This document shows positions 1 through 7,323 of a stretch of 24,000 nucleotides of DNA, in pieces (within the stretch, counting starts at the first letter, position 1; each line of letters begins with the position of its first letter). The notes under the pieces were generated by a model that saw nothing but the letters and a program-made list of their open reading frames with translations, was not told the DNA's origin and did no database searches. This stretch comes from Yokenella regensburgei ATCC 49455. Lineage in GTDB: Bacteria > Pseudomonadota > Gammaproteobacteria > Enterobacterales > Enterobacteriaceae. Both the position numbers and the translations under genes were made by a program. The stretch is from NCBI RefSeq assembly GCF_000735455.1, contig NZ_JMPS01000043.1, positions 10,421-34,420 of the forward strand, given 5' to 3'.

Positions 1-445
1 TCATGTCCAGCGTGAACGGGTAATCCGTCAGAATGCAGACGTTGCTACAGGTAGAGAGCGTCAGTACGCCGGAAAGCGTTTTCGGCGCGTTGCCGCTTAA
101 CATCATCGGGAAAGTGACGTTCCCGTGATAGCCCTGGGTGGCAAGACCCGCCACCTCAAAACGCTGCGGGGTGGGCCAGCGCCAGTCCACCGACTGCGCT
201 GACGACCAGGCGATCGACGGCGCCACGCCCCCTTCGCCCGGCGATCGCCAGTAGGTTTTCCAGCCCTTCTCAAGCGCAACATCCAGCAGCAGGCGGGTAT
301 CACCCTGCGGCCCGGTTTGCGCTCGCAGGCGAACGCTGGCGTGATCGTTATCGGCGGCGCGCAGCCAGCCGCTGTCTGCCGCCCAGCTTGCGGGCAGCCA
401 CAGACAGACCAGGCAGAGCACAAGCTGCCTGAAAAAAGTAAGCAT
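1..445 (-). CDS. scsB: ScsB-like / DsbD-family thiol:disulfide interchange membrane protein. Only the N-terminal 148 codons are present; the gene runs off the window start.
   Basis: Absent from the ORF track because it is open at the window edge; the listed ORF 103..423(-) is a different frame. Hand translation of the minus strand starts at ATG 445-443, with GGAG at 456-453 seven nt upstream. It gives MLTFFRQLVLCLVCLWLPASWA/ADSGWLRAADNDHASVRLRAQTGPQGDTRLLLDVALEKGWKTYWRSPGEGGVAPSIAWSSAQSVDWRWPTPQRFEVAGLATQGYHGNVTFPMMLSGNAPKTLSGVLTLSTCSNVCILTDYPFTLDM. This has a signal peptide, a GW.TYWR.PGEGG.P motif and a C...C pair, typical of the DsbD/ScsB N-terminal periplasmic domain. The symbol rests on remembered similarity to Salmonella ScsB. 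Confidence 0.6.
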   Translation of the reverse strand, partial: MLTFFRQLVLCLVCLWLPASWAADSGWLRAADNDHASVRLRAQTGPQGDTRLLLDVALEKGWKTYWRSPGEGGVAPSIAWSSAQSVDWRWPTPQRFEVAGLATQGYHGNVTFPMMLSGNAPKTLSGVLTLSTCSNVCILTDYPFTLDM

Positions 446-493
446 AGTTTTTCTCCGTAAATGATTAATGAACCTGCAGGAACAGGTCAGAAC

Positions 494-856
494 TCATTCA
501 CGGAAGACGCATAATCGCAGATGCACCCGCAGCCGGGGAGGCGAGATAACCCGCGGTGGCCAGCGGCGTTCACGACGTACCGGCTGGGCGGCTAAGACCG
601 TCAGCAGCAGCGCGGCGGCAAACAGGGCACCTTCAAACAACACGGGAGGAGAGGCCAGCAAAGACTTCGCGCTGAGCTCGCAGGGAGTGACCGGGGCTTC
701 CGCCTCAGCGTTTTGCTGTGCGGACTGGGCGACGGCGGTTGGGGTCATCATCAGCGCGTGCAGACTCGCCATGCGCTGCGCGGTGCATACCAGCACCACC
801 AGACATGCGAGCGCTACCAGAAGAATCGCTTTACGCTGCCGTTTGATCATCACCAC
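494..856 (-). CDS. Small (120 aa) membrane protein directly upstream of the scsB-like gene; ScsA-like by position and size
   Basis: ORF-track ORF with two hydrophobic segments (ILLVALACLVVLVC and LFEGALFAAALLLTVLAA). It is co-oriented with the scsB-like start and ends 48 bp upstream of it, as scsA is in Salmonella scsABCD. The Arg/Pro-rich C-terminal tail looks unprotein-like, so the exact 3' end is uncertain. Confidence 0.4.
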   Translation of the reverse strand: MVMIKRQRKAILLVALACLVVLVCTAQRMASLHALMMTPTAVAQSAQQNAEAEAPVTPCELSAKSLLASPPVLFEGALFAAALLLTVLAAQPVRRERRWPPRVISPPRLRVHLRLCVFRE

Positions 857-928
857 CTCGAATATTCACAAGGCTTATCTTAACGGCGAGAAATACTTTG
901 GCAATCTTAATGCTGTAAAGAAGTGTCT

Positions 929-953
929 GACCCTCCCCCGCCGGGAGAGGGTC
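929..953 (-). terminator. GC-rich hairpin just downstream of the metQ-like stop; weak terminator candidate
   Basis: GACCCTCCCCCG/CGGGAGAGGGTC is an imperfect inverted repeat (one mismatch) located 8 bp after the stop at 961-963. The trailing T-run on the minus strand is poor (CTTCTTT). Confidence 0.3.
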
Positions 954-960
954 TTCTGGA

Positions 961-1773
961 TCAGTTATTCACTGGAATAACTGCACCTTTGTATTTGGTC
1001 CGGATCCAGTCCTGAATCTCTTTTGAGTGCAGCACATTCACCAGCGCCACGATGTCTTTTTTCTTCTCGTCGCCGCGATGCACGGTAATGATGTTGGCAT
1101 ACGGGTTGTTCTCTCCGCTTTCAACGGCAATTGGATCGTGAACCGGATCCAGGCCCGCGTCGATAGCGTAGTTGGCGTTGATCACCACCGCCGCACCTTC
1201 ATCGTTGTTATACATCTGCGGTAGCAGAGAAGCTTCAACGTTTGGCAGGAACTGCAGCTTTTTCGGGTTCTCAACGATATCGCTAATGCGCGCACTCACT
1301 TTATCCACGCCAGGCTTGAGCTTAATGACGCCCGCTTTTTCGAAGATAGAAAGGATACGCCCCTCTTCGGACACCGCATCACGCATGATGATTTTACCGC
1401 CCTCCGGCAGATCCTTCAGCGATTTGAATTTCTTCGAATAGATACCAATCGGCTCAATGTGAATCGCCCCAGCGCTGACGAAGTCATAGTCTTTCTCACC
1501 CTTATGATCTTTCAGCACGCTGTTCAGGTAAGGAATGTGCTGGAAGTAGTTGGCATCAATTTCACGGCCAGCCAGCGCGGTATTCGGCAGAATGTAGTCC
1601 TGGAACGGTTTAATCTCCAGATCGATCCCCTGCTTTGCCAGGATCGGTTTCGCCTGCTCGAGGATCTCGGCGTGCGGGGTGTTAGACGCGCCCACGGTCA
1701 ACGTATCGGCCCAGGAGGCAAAGCTCAGCGCACTCAGCGTCGCGGCGGCAATCAGGGTTAATGTTTTTTTCAT
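961..1773 (-). CDS. MetQ/NlpA-family periplasmic substrate-binding protein of a methionine-type ABC importer; soluble, not a lipoprotein
   Basis: 270 aa, collinear with E. coli MetQ as I recall it (shared blocks such as DAN.FQH.PYL and ENPK.L). The signal peptide MKKTLTLIAAATLSALSFASWA/D has a signal-peptidase-I type AxA site and no lipobox Cys. Last gene of a three-gene minus-strand operon. Confidence 0.88.
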   Translation of the reverse strand: MKKTLTLIAAATLSALSFASWADTLTVGASNTPHAEILEQAKPILAKQGIDLEIKPFQDYILPNTALAGREIDANYFQHIPYLNSVLKDHKGEKDYDFVSAGAIHIEPIGIYSKKFKSLKDLPEGGKIIMRDAVSEEGRILSIFEKAGVIKLKPGVDKVSARISDIVENPKKLQFLPNVEASLLPQMYNNDEGAAVVINANYAIDAGLDPVHDPIAVESGENNPYANIITVHRGDEKKKDIVALVNVLHSKEIQDWIRTKYKGAVIPVNN

Positions 1774-1794
1774 GATGATGGTTCCTGTGTGTAA

Positions 1795-2463
1795 TTAGCG
1801 TTTATCTAACAGAGAAGTCAGGGTGTCGCCGCAAAACTGGATAGCGAAGACGATGATGAGGATGGTCACCGTTGCTACCAGCGTGACGTCGCCGTGGTTG
1901 CGCTGGAATCCTTCCAGATAAGCCAGATTTCCAAGCCCGCCTGCGCCAATCACACCGGCCATGGCGCTGTAGCTCACCAGAGCAATCAACGTGACGGTGA
2001 TGCCTGAGACCAGCGCAGGGGAAGATTCAGGGAGCAGCACGCGGAAAATCAGCGTCGAGAGCCGGGCTCCCATTGAACGGGTCGCCTCAATCACGCCTTT
2101 GTCCACCTCGCGCAGGGCAATCTCCACCAGCCGAGCGTAAAAAGGTGCCGCCCCGACAATCAGCGCCGGCAAAGCCGCGTTGGTGCCGAGAATGGTGCCG
2201 ACCAGCGTTTTGGTAAACGGGATCAACAGAACAATCAGGATGATGAACGGAATAGAGCGGAACACGTTCACCACCAGCGAAATCACGCTATAGACCAGGC
2301 GATTGTGAAACAGCCCGCCTTTGGCGGTCAGGAACAGCGCCAGCCCCAACAGGATGCCGAGCACAAAGGTCGCCACACCGGAGAGCGCGGTCATGTACAG
2401 CGTCTCCTGGGTGGCCGCCCACAGTTGATCCCAATTCAGATGAGGAAACCAGGTCTCAGTCAT
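1795..2463 (-). CDS. MetI-like ABC transporter permease
   Basis: 222 aa polytopic membrane protein. Blocks [20 protein letters not shown] and [13 protein letters not shown] match E. coli MetI. Its start overlaps the upstream ATPase stop by 8 nt. Confidence 0.9.
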   Translation of the reverse strand: MTETWFPHLNWDQLWAATQETLYMTALSGVATFVLGILLGLALFLTAKGGLFHNRLVYSVISLVVNVFRSIPFIILIVLLIPFTKTLVGTILGTNAALPALIVGAAPFYARLVEIALREVDKGVIEATRSMGARLSTLIFRVLLPESSPALVSGITVTLIALVSYSAMAGVIGAGGLGNLAYLEGFQRNHGDVTLVATVTILIIVFAIQFCGDTLTSLLDKR

Positions 2464-3220
2464 GCTTGAGCACCTCGCTGTACTGGCTCACCTGGCGGAC
2501 AAACTGGCGGGTGATCGGCTGCTGCGGCTGGCTGAATACCTGCGCCACCAGCCCTTCTTCCACCACGCGCCCCTCTTCCATCACCGCCACCCGGTCGCAG
2601 ATTTTGCGTACCACGTGCATTTCGTGGGTGATGAGGACGATGGTCAGGCCAAAGCGCTGGTTGATATCTAAAAGCAGATCGAGGATCTGGTCGGTGGTCA
2701 TCGGGTCGAGCGCCGACGTCGCCTCATCGCACAGCAGCACGTCAGGGTGATTGGCCAGCGCCCGGGCAATGCCCACCCGCTGTTTCTGCCCGCCGGAAAG
2801 CTGTGACGGATACGCATGCTCGCGCCCGGTCAGGCCAACCAGCTCAATCAGTTCCGCCACGCGGGTGCGGATTTGTGCCTTCGGCGTACCGGCAATCTGC
2901 ATAGAGAAAGCGATGTTTTCACTGACGGTGCGCGACCACAGCAGGTTGAAGTGCTGGAACACCATGCTGATTTTAAGCCGCGCCTGGCGCAGGGTTTCCC
3001 CCTTTGCCGCCCCAATATCGTGCCCGTTAACGGTCACGCTTCCGGAGGTCGGTTTTTCGAGGCCGTTCAGCAGGCGGATCAGGGTGCTTTTCCCCGCGCC
3101 GCTGTAGCCAATAATGCCGTAAATTTGCCCCTGCTCCACCGACAGGCTGACGTCATCAACGGCGGTGACCGGCGCCTTTCCGTGGGCAAAAATTTTCGAA
3201 ATATTCCTGAGAGCAATCAT
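2456..3220 (-). CDS. MetN-like ABC transporter ATP-binding protein; short form (254 aa) without the C-terminal C2/NIL regulatory domain
   Basis: Contains Walker [10 protein letters not shown], signature LSGGQKQR, Walker [13 protein letters not shown] and H-loop ITHEM. Collinear with the first ~245 residues of E. coli MetN (343 aa by my recollection). It ends at ...[17 protein letters not shown], where MetN continues into its methionine-binding C2 domain. Confidence 0.9.
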   Translation of the reverse strand: MIALRNISKIFAHGKAPVTAVDDVSLSVEQGQIYGIIGYSGAGKSTLIRLLNGLEKPTSGSVTVNGHDIGAAKGETLRQARLKISMVFQHFNLLWSRTVSENIAFSMQIAGTPKAQIRTRVAELIELVGLTGREHAYPSQLSGGQKQRVGIARALANHPDVLLCDEATSALDPMTTDQILDLLLDINQRFGLTIVLITHEMHVVRKICDRVAVMEEGRVVEEGLVAQVFSQPQQPITRQFVRQVSQYSEVLKHD

Positions 3221-3281
3221 GTTTCTTCTTATCCGCTGCTGCGTATTTCTGGATTAACGTTCTTTCCGCAAATGGCGGTTT

Positions 3282-3305
3282 AGAAGTATGGACGTCCAAA
3301 CGATA
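3282..3305. promoter_or_regulatory. Three tandem met-box-like 8-mers (possible MetJ operator) upstream of the metN-like gene
   Basis: AGAAGTAT GGACGTCC AAACGATA scores 6/8, 6/8 and 4/8 against the met-box consensus AGACGTCT. The array lies 62-85 nt upstream of the start codon at 3220. E. coli metNIQ is MetJ-controlled. Judged by eye, not by PWM. Confidence 0.3.
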
Positions 3306-3513
3306 TAGCGAGTGATGAAACACTTTCAACGAACAAATTGGCATGACTTATAACCTGCAGCGATAACAGCAGGCAGAATGCGGTGAAGATCCCTTAGATG
3401 AAGTTCAGCAATAGAAAGCCGTGACGCGGCAAAAGGCGCGCCATAAAACGGCTTTTGTGGCTGAAAACAGAGCAAATTCGCCCTTTTTCAGCCATCAACC
3501 CCTCTGCACCGCT

Positions 3514-3537
3514 GAACGTCTTTCCGTCCAAATGGCT
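3514..3537. promoter_or_regulatory. Second tandem met-box-like array, upstream of the cystathionine beta-synthase gene
   Basis: GAACGTCT TTCCGTCC AAATGGCT scores 6/8, 4/8 and 5/8 against AGACGTCT. It is in the same register and similar box by box to 3282-3305, sharing CGTCCAAA. It lies 112-135 nt upstream of ATG 3649. Confidence 0.3.
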
Positions 3538-3648
3538 AAATAGCAGGTCATATTCCAATTTGCGCTAACGGGTAGCGAAAGATTCTTTATCAGCCATTTT
3601 TTGCAGTCCTACACTCTGGCCATTACTCATGAATCAGGATGAAAGCGT

Positions 3649-5019
3649 ATGACCGTTTACCATTCCGTCACCGAGCTCATCGGCCAGACGCCGGTGCTGC
3701 AGCTGCATAAGCTGGATACCGGCCCGTGCAGCCTGTTCCTGAAGCTGGAAAACCAGAACCCCGGCGGTTCAATCAAAGATCGGGTGGCGCTGTCGATGAT
3801 CGACTCCGCGCAAAAGCAGGGGCTGCTGCTCCCTGGCGGCACCATTGTCGAAGCCACCGCGGGCAACACCGGGCTTGGGCTGGCGCTGATCGCCGCCCAG
3901 CGCGGCTACAAACTCATCCTTGTGGTGCCGGACAAAATGAGCCGGGAGAAGATTTTCCACCTCCGCGCCCTGGGCGCTCAGGTGGTGCTGACCCGCTCCG
4001 ACGTCGGCAAAGGCCATCCGGCCTACTATCAGGACTACGCCCAGCGGCTGGCGAAAGAGATCCCCGGCGCCTTCTACATTGACCAGTTCAACAACACTGC
4101 CAACCCGCTGGCTCATACCACCACCACCGCACCGGAGCTGTATCAGCAGCTCGACGGACAGATTGATGCCATCGTCGTCGGCGTGGGTTCCGGCGGTACG
4201 CTGGGCGGCCTGCAGGCATGGTTCGCCGAGCACTCACCGCACACCGAGTTTGTCCTGGCGGATCCGGCCGGATCGATCCTGGCCGATCAGGTCGAAAGCG
4301 GTCGTTACCATGACGCTGGATCCTGGCTGGTAGAAGGGATTGGTGAAGACTTTATTCCCCCGCTGGCGCACATCGACAACGTGCGCACAGCGCTGCGCGT
4401 TAGCGACCGGGAAGCCTTCACCACCGCCCGCGAGCTTCTGCAGGTGGAAGGCATTCTGGCTGGCTCCTCAAGCGGCACCCTGCTGGCGGCGGCGCTGCGC
4501 TACTGCCGTGCACAAACCACGCCTAAGCGGGTGGTGACCTTTGCCTGCGACAGCGGTAACAAGTACCTGTCGAAGATGTTTAACGACGACTGGATGCGCC
4601 AGCAGGGCCTGCTCAACCGGGCAAAGCACGGTGATCTGAGCGATTTCATCGCCCTGCGCCACGACGAAGGCGCCACCGTCACCGCCGCGCCGGACGACAC
4701 CCTCGCCACCGTGCTGGCTCGTATGCGTCTGTACGACATCTCGCAGCTACCGGTGCTGGAAGCGAGCCGGGTGGTGGGCATCGTCGATGAGTGGGATCTG
4801 CTGAGCCACGTGCAGGGCGACAGCCAGCGCTTTGGCCTGCCGGTGCGCGAGGCGATGACCCGCGAGGTTGAAACCCTCGACAAAACGGCGCCCGAAAGCG
4901 CCCTGAAACCCATTTTTGATCGCGGCCAGGTCGCCGTTGTGGTGGATAACGAGCGCTTTCTCGGCCTCATCACCCGCAGCGATGTTCTCACCAGCTGGCG
5001 CAATCGCCTTGAACAATAA
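3649..5019 (+). CDS. mtcB: Cystathionine beta-synthase: PLP fold-type II domain plus a C-terminal CBS-pair (Bateman) module
   Basis: 456 aa. Carries cysteine-synthase/CBS family motifs: PLP-lysine GGSIKDR, ATAGNTGLGLA and GVGSGGT. Two CBS motifs span about residues 335-450 (ISQLPVLE..VVGIVDEWDLL and GQVAVVVDNERFLGLITRSDVL). AGGA RBS. The symbol follows my recollection of the Klebsiella methionine-to-cysteine (mtcBC) genes. Confidence 0.88.
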   Translation: MTVYHSVTELIGQTPVLQLHKLDTGPCSLFLKLENQNPGGSIKDRVALSMIDSAQKQGLLLPGGTIVEATAGNTGLGLALIAAQRGYKLILVVPDKMSREKIFHLRALGAQVVLTRSDVGKGHPAYYQDYAQRLAKEIPGAFYIDQFNNTANPLAHTTTTAPELYQQLDGQIDAIVVGVGSGGTLGGLQAWFAEHSPHTEFVLADPAGSILADQVESGRYHDAGSWLVEGIGEDFIPPLAHIDNVRTALRVSDREAFTTARELLQVEGILAGSSSGTLLAAALRYCRAQTTPKRVVTFACDSGNKYLSKMFNDDWMRQQGLLNRAKHGDLSDFIALRHDEGATVTAAPDDTLATVLARMRLYDISQLPVLEASRVVGIVDEWDLLSHVQGDSQRFGLPVREAMTREVETLDKTAPESALKPIFDRGQVAVVVDNERFLGLITRSDVLTSWRNRLEQ

Positions 5020-5029
5020 GGAATAAATA

Positions 5030-6175
5030 ATGAAAACCTTCGACACCCTGAGCGTTCACAGCGGCACCTTTACCGACAGCCACGGCGCGGTGATGCCACC
5101 AATTTATGCCACATCAACCTACGCCCAGCCCGCACCGGGGCAGCATACCGGCTATGAGTATTCGCGCAGCGGCAACCCGACGCGCCATGCGCTGGAAACC
5201 GCCATCGCCGAGCTCGAGGGCGGCAGCCGCGGCTACGCTTTTGCCTCCGGGCTGGCGGCCATCTCGACGGTGCTGGAGCTGCTGGATAAAGACAGCCACA
5301 TCGTCGCCGTGGATGATGTCTACGGGGGAACTTACCGGCTGATTGAAAACGTCCGTCGTCGCAGCGCCGGACTGCAGGTGAGCTGGGTCAAACCAGGCGA
5401 ACTCGAAGCACTTGAAGCGGCGATCCGCCCGGATACCCGGATGATTTGGGTCGAAACGCCAACCAATCCGCTGCTGAAGCTTGCCGATCTGGAGTCGATC
5501 GCCGGGATCGCCCGTCGCCACAACCTTATCAGCGTGGCGGATAACACCTTCGCCTCGCCGGTTATCCAGCGTCCGCTGGCCTTCGGCTTCGATATCGTGG
5601 TGCATTCCGCCACCAAATATCTCAACGGCCACTCCGACGTCGTCGCCGGTCTTGCGGTGGTGGGCGATAACCCAGCGCTTGCAGAGCAGCTTGGCTATCT
5701 GCAAAACGCGGTCGGTGGTGTCCTCGATCCGTTCAGCAGCTTCCTGACCCTGCGCGGGATCCGCACCCTGTCGCTGCGCATGGAGCGCCACAGCAGCAAC
5801 GCGCTGGCGCTCGCCCGGTGGCTTGAGCAGCAGCCGCAGGTGGAAAAAGTCTGGTTCCCGTGGCTGGAATCACACCCCGACAACCCGCTCGCACGCCGTC
5901 AGATGGCGCAGCCGGGCGGTATGATCTCCATCGTGGTAAAAGGCGATGCCGAACGGGCAGACGCGGTTATCAAAAAATTGCAGCTCTTTACCCTCGCGGA
6001 GAGTCTTGGCGGCGTGGAGAGTCTGGTGAGCCAGCCATTCAGTATGACCCATGCTTCTATCCCGCTTGAGCAGCGGCTGGCTAACGGCATTACGCCGCAG
6101 CTTATCCGCCTCTCGGTAGGTATTGAAGGTGTTGAAGATCTGCGCGCCGATTTGCGTCAGGCGCTGGCAGAATAA
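5030..6175 (+). CDS. mtcC: Cystathionine gamma-lyase (Cys/Met-metabolism PLP enzyme family)
   Basis: 381 aa. Full-length MetB/MetC/CGL family pattern with PLP-lysine motif HSATKYLNGHSD. Starts 10 bp after the CBS stop, behind an AAGGA RBS, so the two are co-transcribed. Gamma-lyase rather than beta-lyase or gamma-synthase is inferred from the pairing with CBS. Confidence 0.8.
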   Translation: MKTFDTLSVHSGTFTDSHGAVMPPIYATSTYAQPAPGQHTGYEYSRSGNPTRHALETAIAELEGGSRGYAFASGLAAISTVLELLDKDSHIVAVDDVYGGTYRLIENVRRRSAGLQVSWVKPGELEALEAAIRPDTRMIWVETPTNPLLKLADLESIAGIARRHNLISVADNTFASPVIQRPLAFGFDIVVHSATKYLNGHSDVVAGLAVVGDNPALAEQLGYLQNAVGGVLDPFSSFLTLRGIRTLSLRMERHSSNALALARWLEQQPQVEKVWFPWLESHPDNPLARRQMAQPGGMISIVVKGDAERADAVIKKLQLFTLAESLGGVESLVSQPFSMTHASIPLEQRLANGITPQLIRLSVGIEGVEDLRADLRQALAE

Positions 6176-6339
6176 CGATATTAACCGCCGTCAGTCCGAC
6201 TTAAGTCTATACTTCATATCGAATATCTAAGCGACTGAAATAACGTCACTTATAATATGACATAGCGGCTGACGGCACACCGGGACGAGTGCTACTCTGC
6301 CATCCATTCCGACGGTCAGGACGCTGAGCAAACGCCCCC

Positions 6340-7311
6340 ATGAGTAAACCCATCAAGCGGCTGGAAATCATTAAAAACGCCATTGAACTGGAAGATGATG
6401 AGATCATCGCCAGCCAGCTTTCCCACCTGAAAAACGACATTGACGATCCCGCGATCGACGCCATCATTGAGGCGCTGGAGGCGAAGCGTTACGGCGAGGC
6501 AATGAACGCCATCGTCAGCTGGCTGCAAAGTCAGCGGGCGATGATCCACTGGCAGGATCCGCGTATTGCCGCCAGCAAGCTGGAGCTGAAAGCGCTGGAA
6601 ACGCAGCTGCGGGAGCTGATTGATGCCAGAAATGCGCGCCTGACCCGGCTTGATGAATTTAACGATCTCTATATGCAGCATCTGGGGCCGTTGATGACCG
6701 AGGTGCTGAGGCTGCGTAAGACTCTGGCAGAGGCTTCACTGCGCAAGCGAGCCGAAATGTGTCAGGACGAAGACGCCAGCGAGCGCCGCGCGCGCGACGA
6801 AGCGCGCGAACAGTACGAAACCTGGCGCGATCAGCAGCAAAAAGCGCAAACTCGCCGCGATCGTCAGGAAAATATGGCAGAAGAAGATCGCCAGGAGCTA
6901 AAACGGCTGTGGCGTCAGGCGAGCAAACTTTGTCACCCGGATCTGGTGGACGATACGTTGAAGGCAGAGGCTAACGAGATGATGGCCCAGCTCAACCAGG
7001 CCCGGCAGCGCGGCGATCTGCCTACCATCCGTAACCTGCTTGCCCGGCTGATGCGCGAGCATGAGCCAATGATGGCGAGCGAAAGGCTGAACGATCTGAC
7101 GCTGCTGCTGCGCAAAATCAGCGCCATTCAGCAGCAGATTGCCAGCCTGCAGGCCGAAATGCTGACCCTCGAGAAAGAGAAATCCTGGCTGCTGGTGTCG
7201 ACGCTTGCCGATCCGCAAGCCTATTTCCGCCAGCAGGAAAAAGCGCTGTCGAACACCATCGCCACCCTGCACAAGCAGATCCTGGAATCGGGGCTTGATG
7301 AGGTGGCCTAG
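6340..7311 (+). CDS. Orphan coiled-coil protein with an internal J-domain-like segment (HPD motif)
   Basis: 323 aa, no signal peptide or TM segment, almost entirely helical/heptad-like with a highly charged stretch (residues ~135-190). Residues ~183-235 are QELKRLWRQASKLCHPDLVDDTLKAEANEMMAQLNQARQRGDL. They align with J-domain helix II-HPD-helix III (E.KKAYRKLA.KYHPD....A...F..I..AY..L). HPD is at codons 199-201 (nt 6934-6942). The Shine-Dalgarno is weak. Confidence 0.7.
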   Translation: MSKPIKRLEIIKNAIELEDDEIIASQLSHLKNDIDDPAIDAIIEALEAKRYGEAMNAIVSWLQSQRAMIHWQDPRIAASKLELKALETQLRELIDARNARLTRLDEFNDLYMQHLGPLMTEVLRLRKTLAEASLRKRAEMCQDEDASERRARDEAREQYETWRDQQQKAQTRRDRQENMAEEDRQELKRLWRQASKLCHPDLVDDTLKAEANEMMAQLNQARQRGDLPTIRNLLARLMREHEPMMASERLNDLTLLLRKISAIQQQIASLQAEMLTLEKEKSWLLVSTLADPQAYFRQQEKALSNTIATLHKQILESGLDEVA

Positions 7312-7323
7312 CCACCTTCCCCT

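Noticed and set aside
103-423. ORF-track ORF of 106 aa on the minus strand at the window start
   Set aside because: It is Arg/Pro/Gly/Trp-rich with no recognisable motifs. It lies out of frame within the much more convincing edge-truncated ORF (ATG at 445-443), whose translation has a signal peptide and DsbD/ScsB-type motifs.
468-980. 170-aa plus-strand ORF overlapping the ScsA-like gene and the metQ-like 3' end
   Set aside because: Low-complexity Arg/Ser/Thr/Ala-rich translation with no SD. It is antisense to a better-supported membrane-protein ORF and runs across an intergenic hairpin. This is typical spurious reading in GC-rich DNA.
3156-3344. 62-aa minus-strand ORF spanning the metN-like start and its upstream region
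   Set aside because: It overlaps the real metN-like N-terminus out of frame and covers the putative operator and promoter DNA. It has no SD and no recognisable features.
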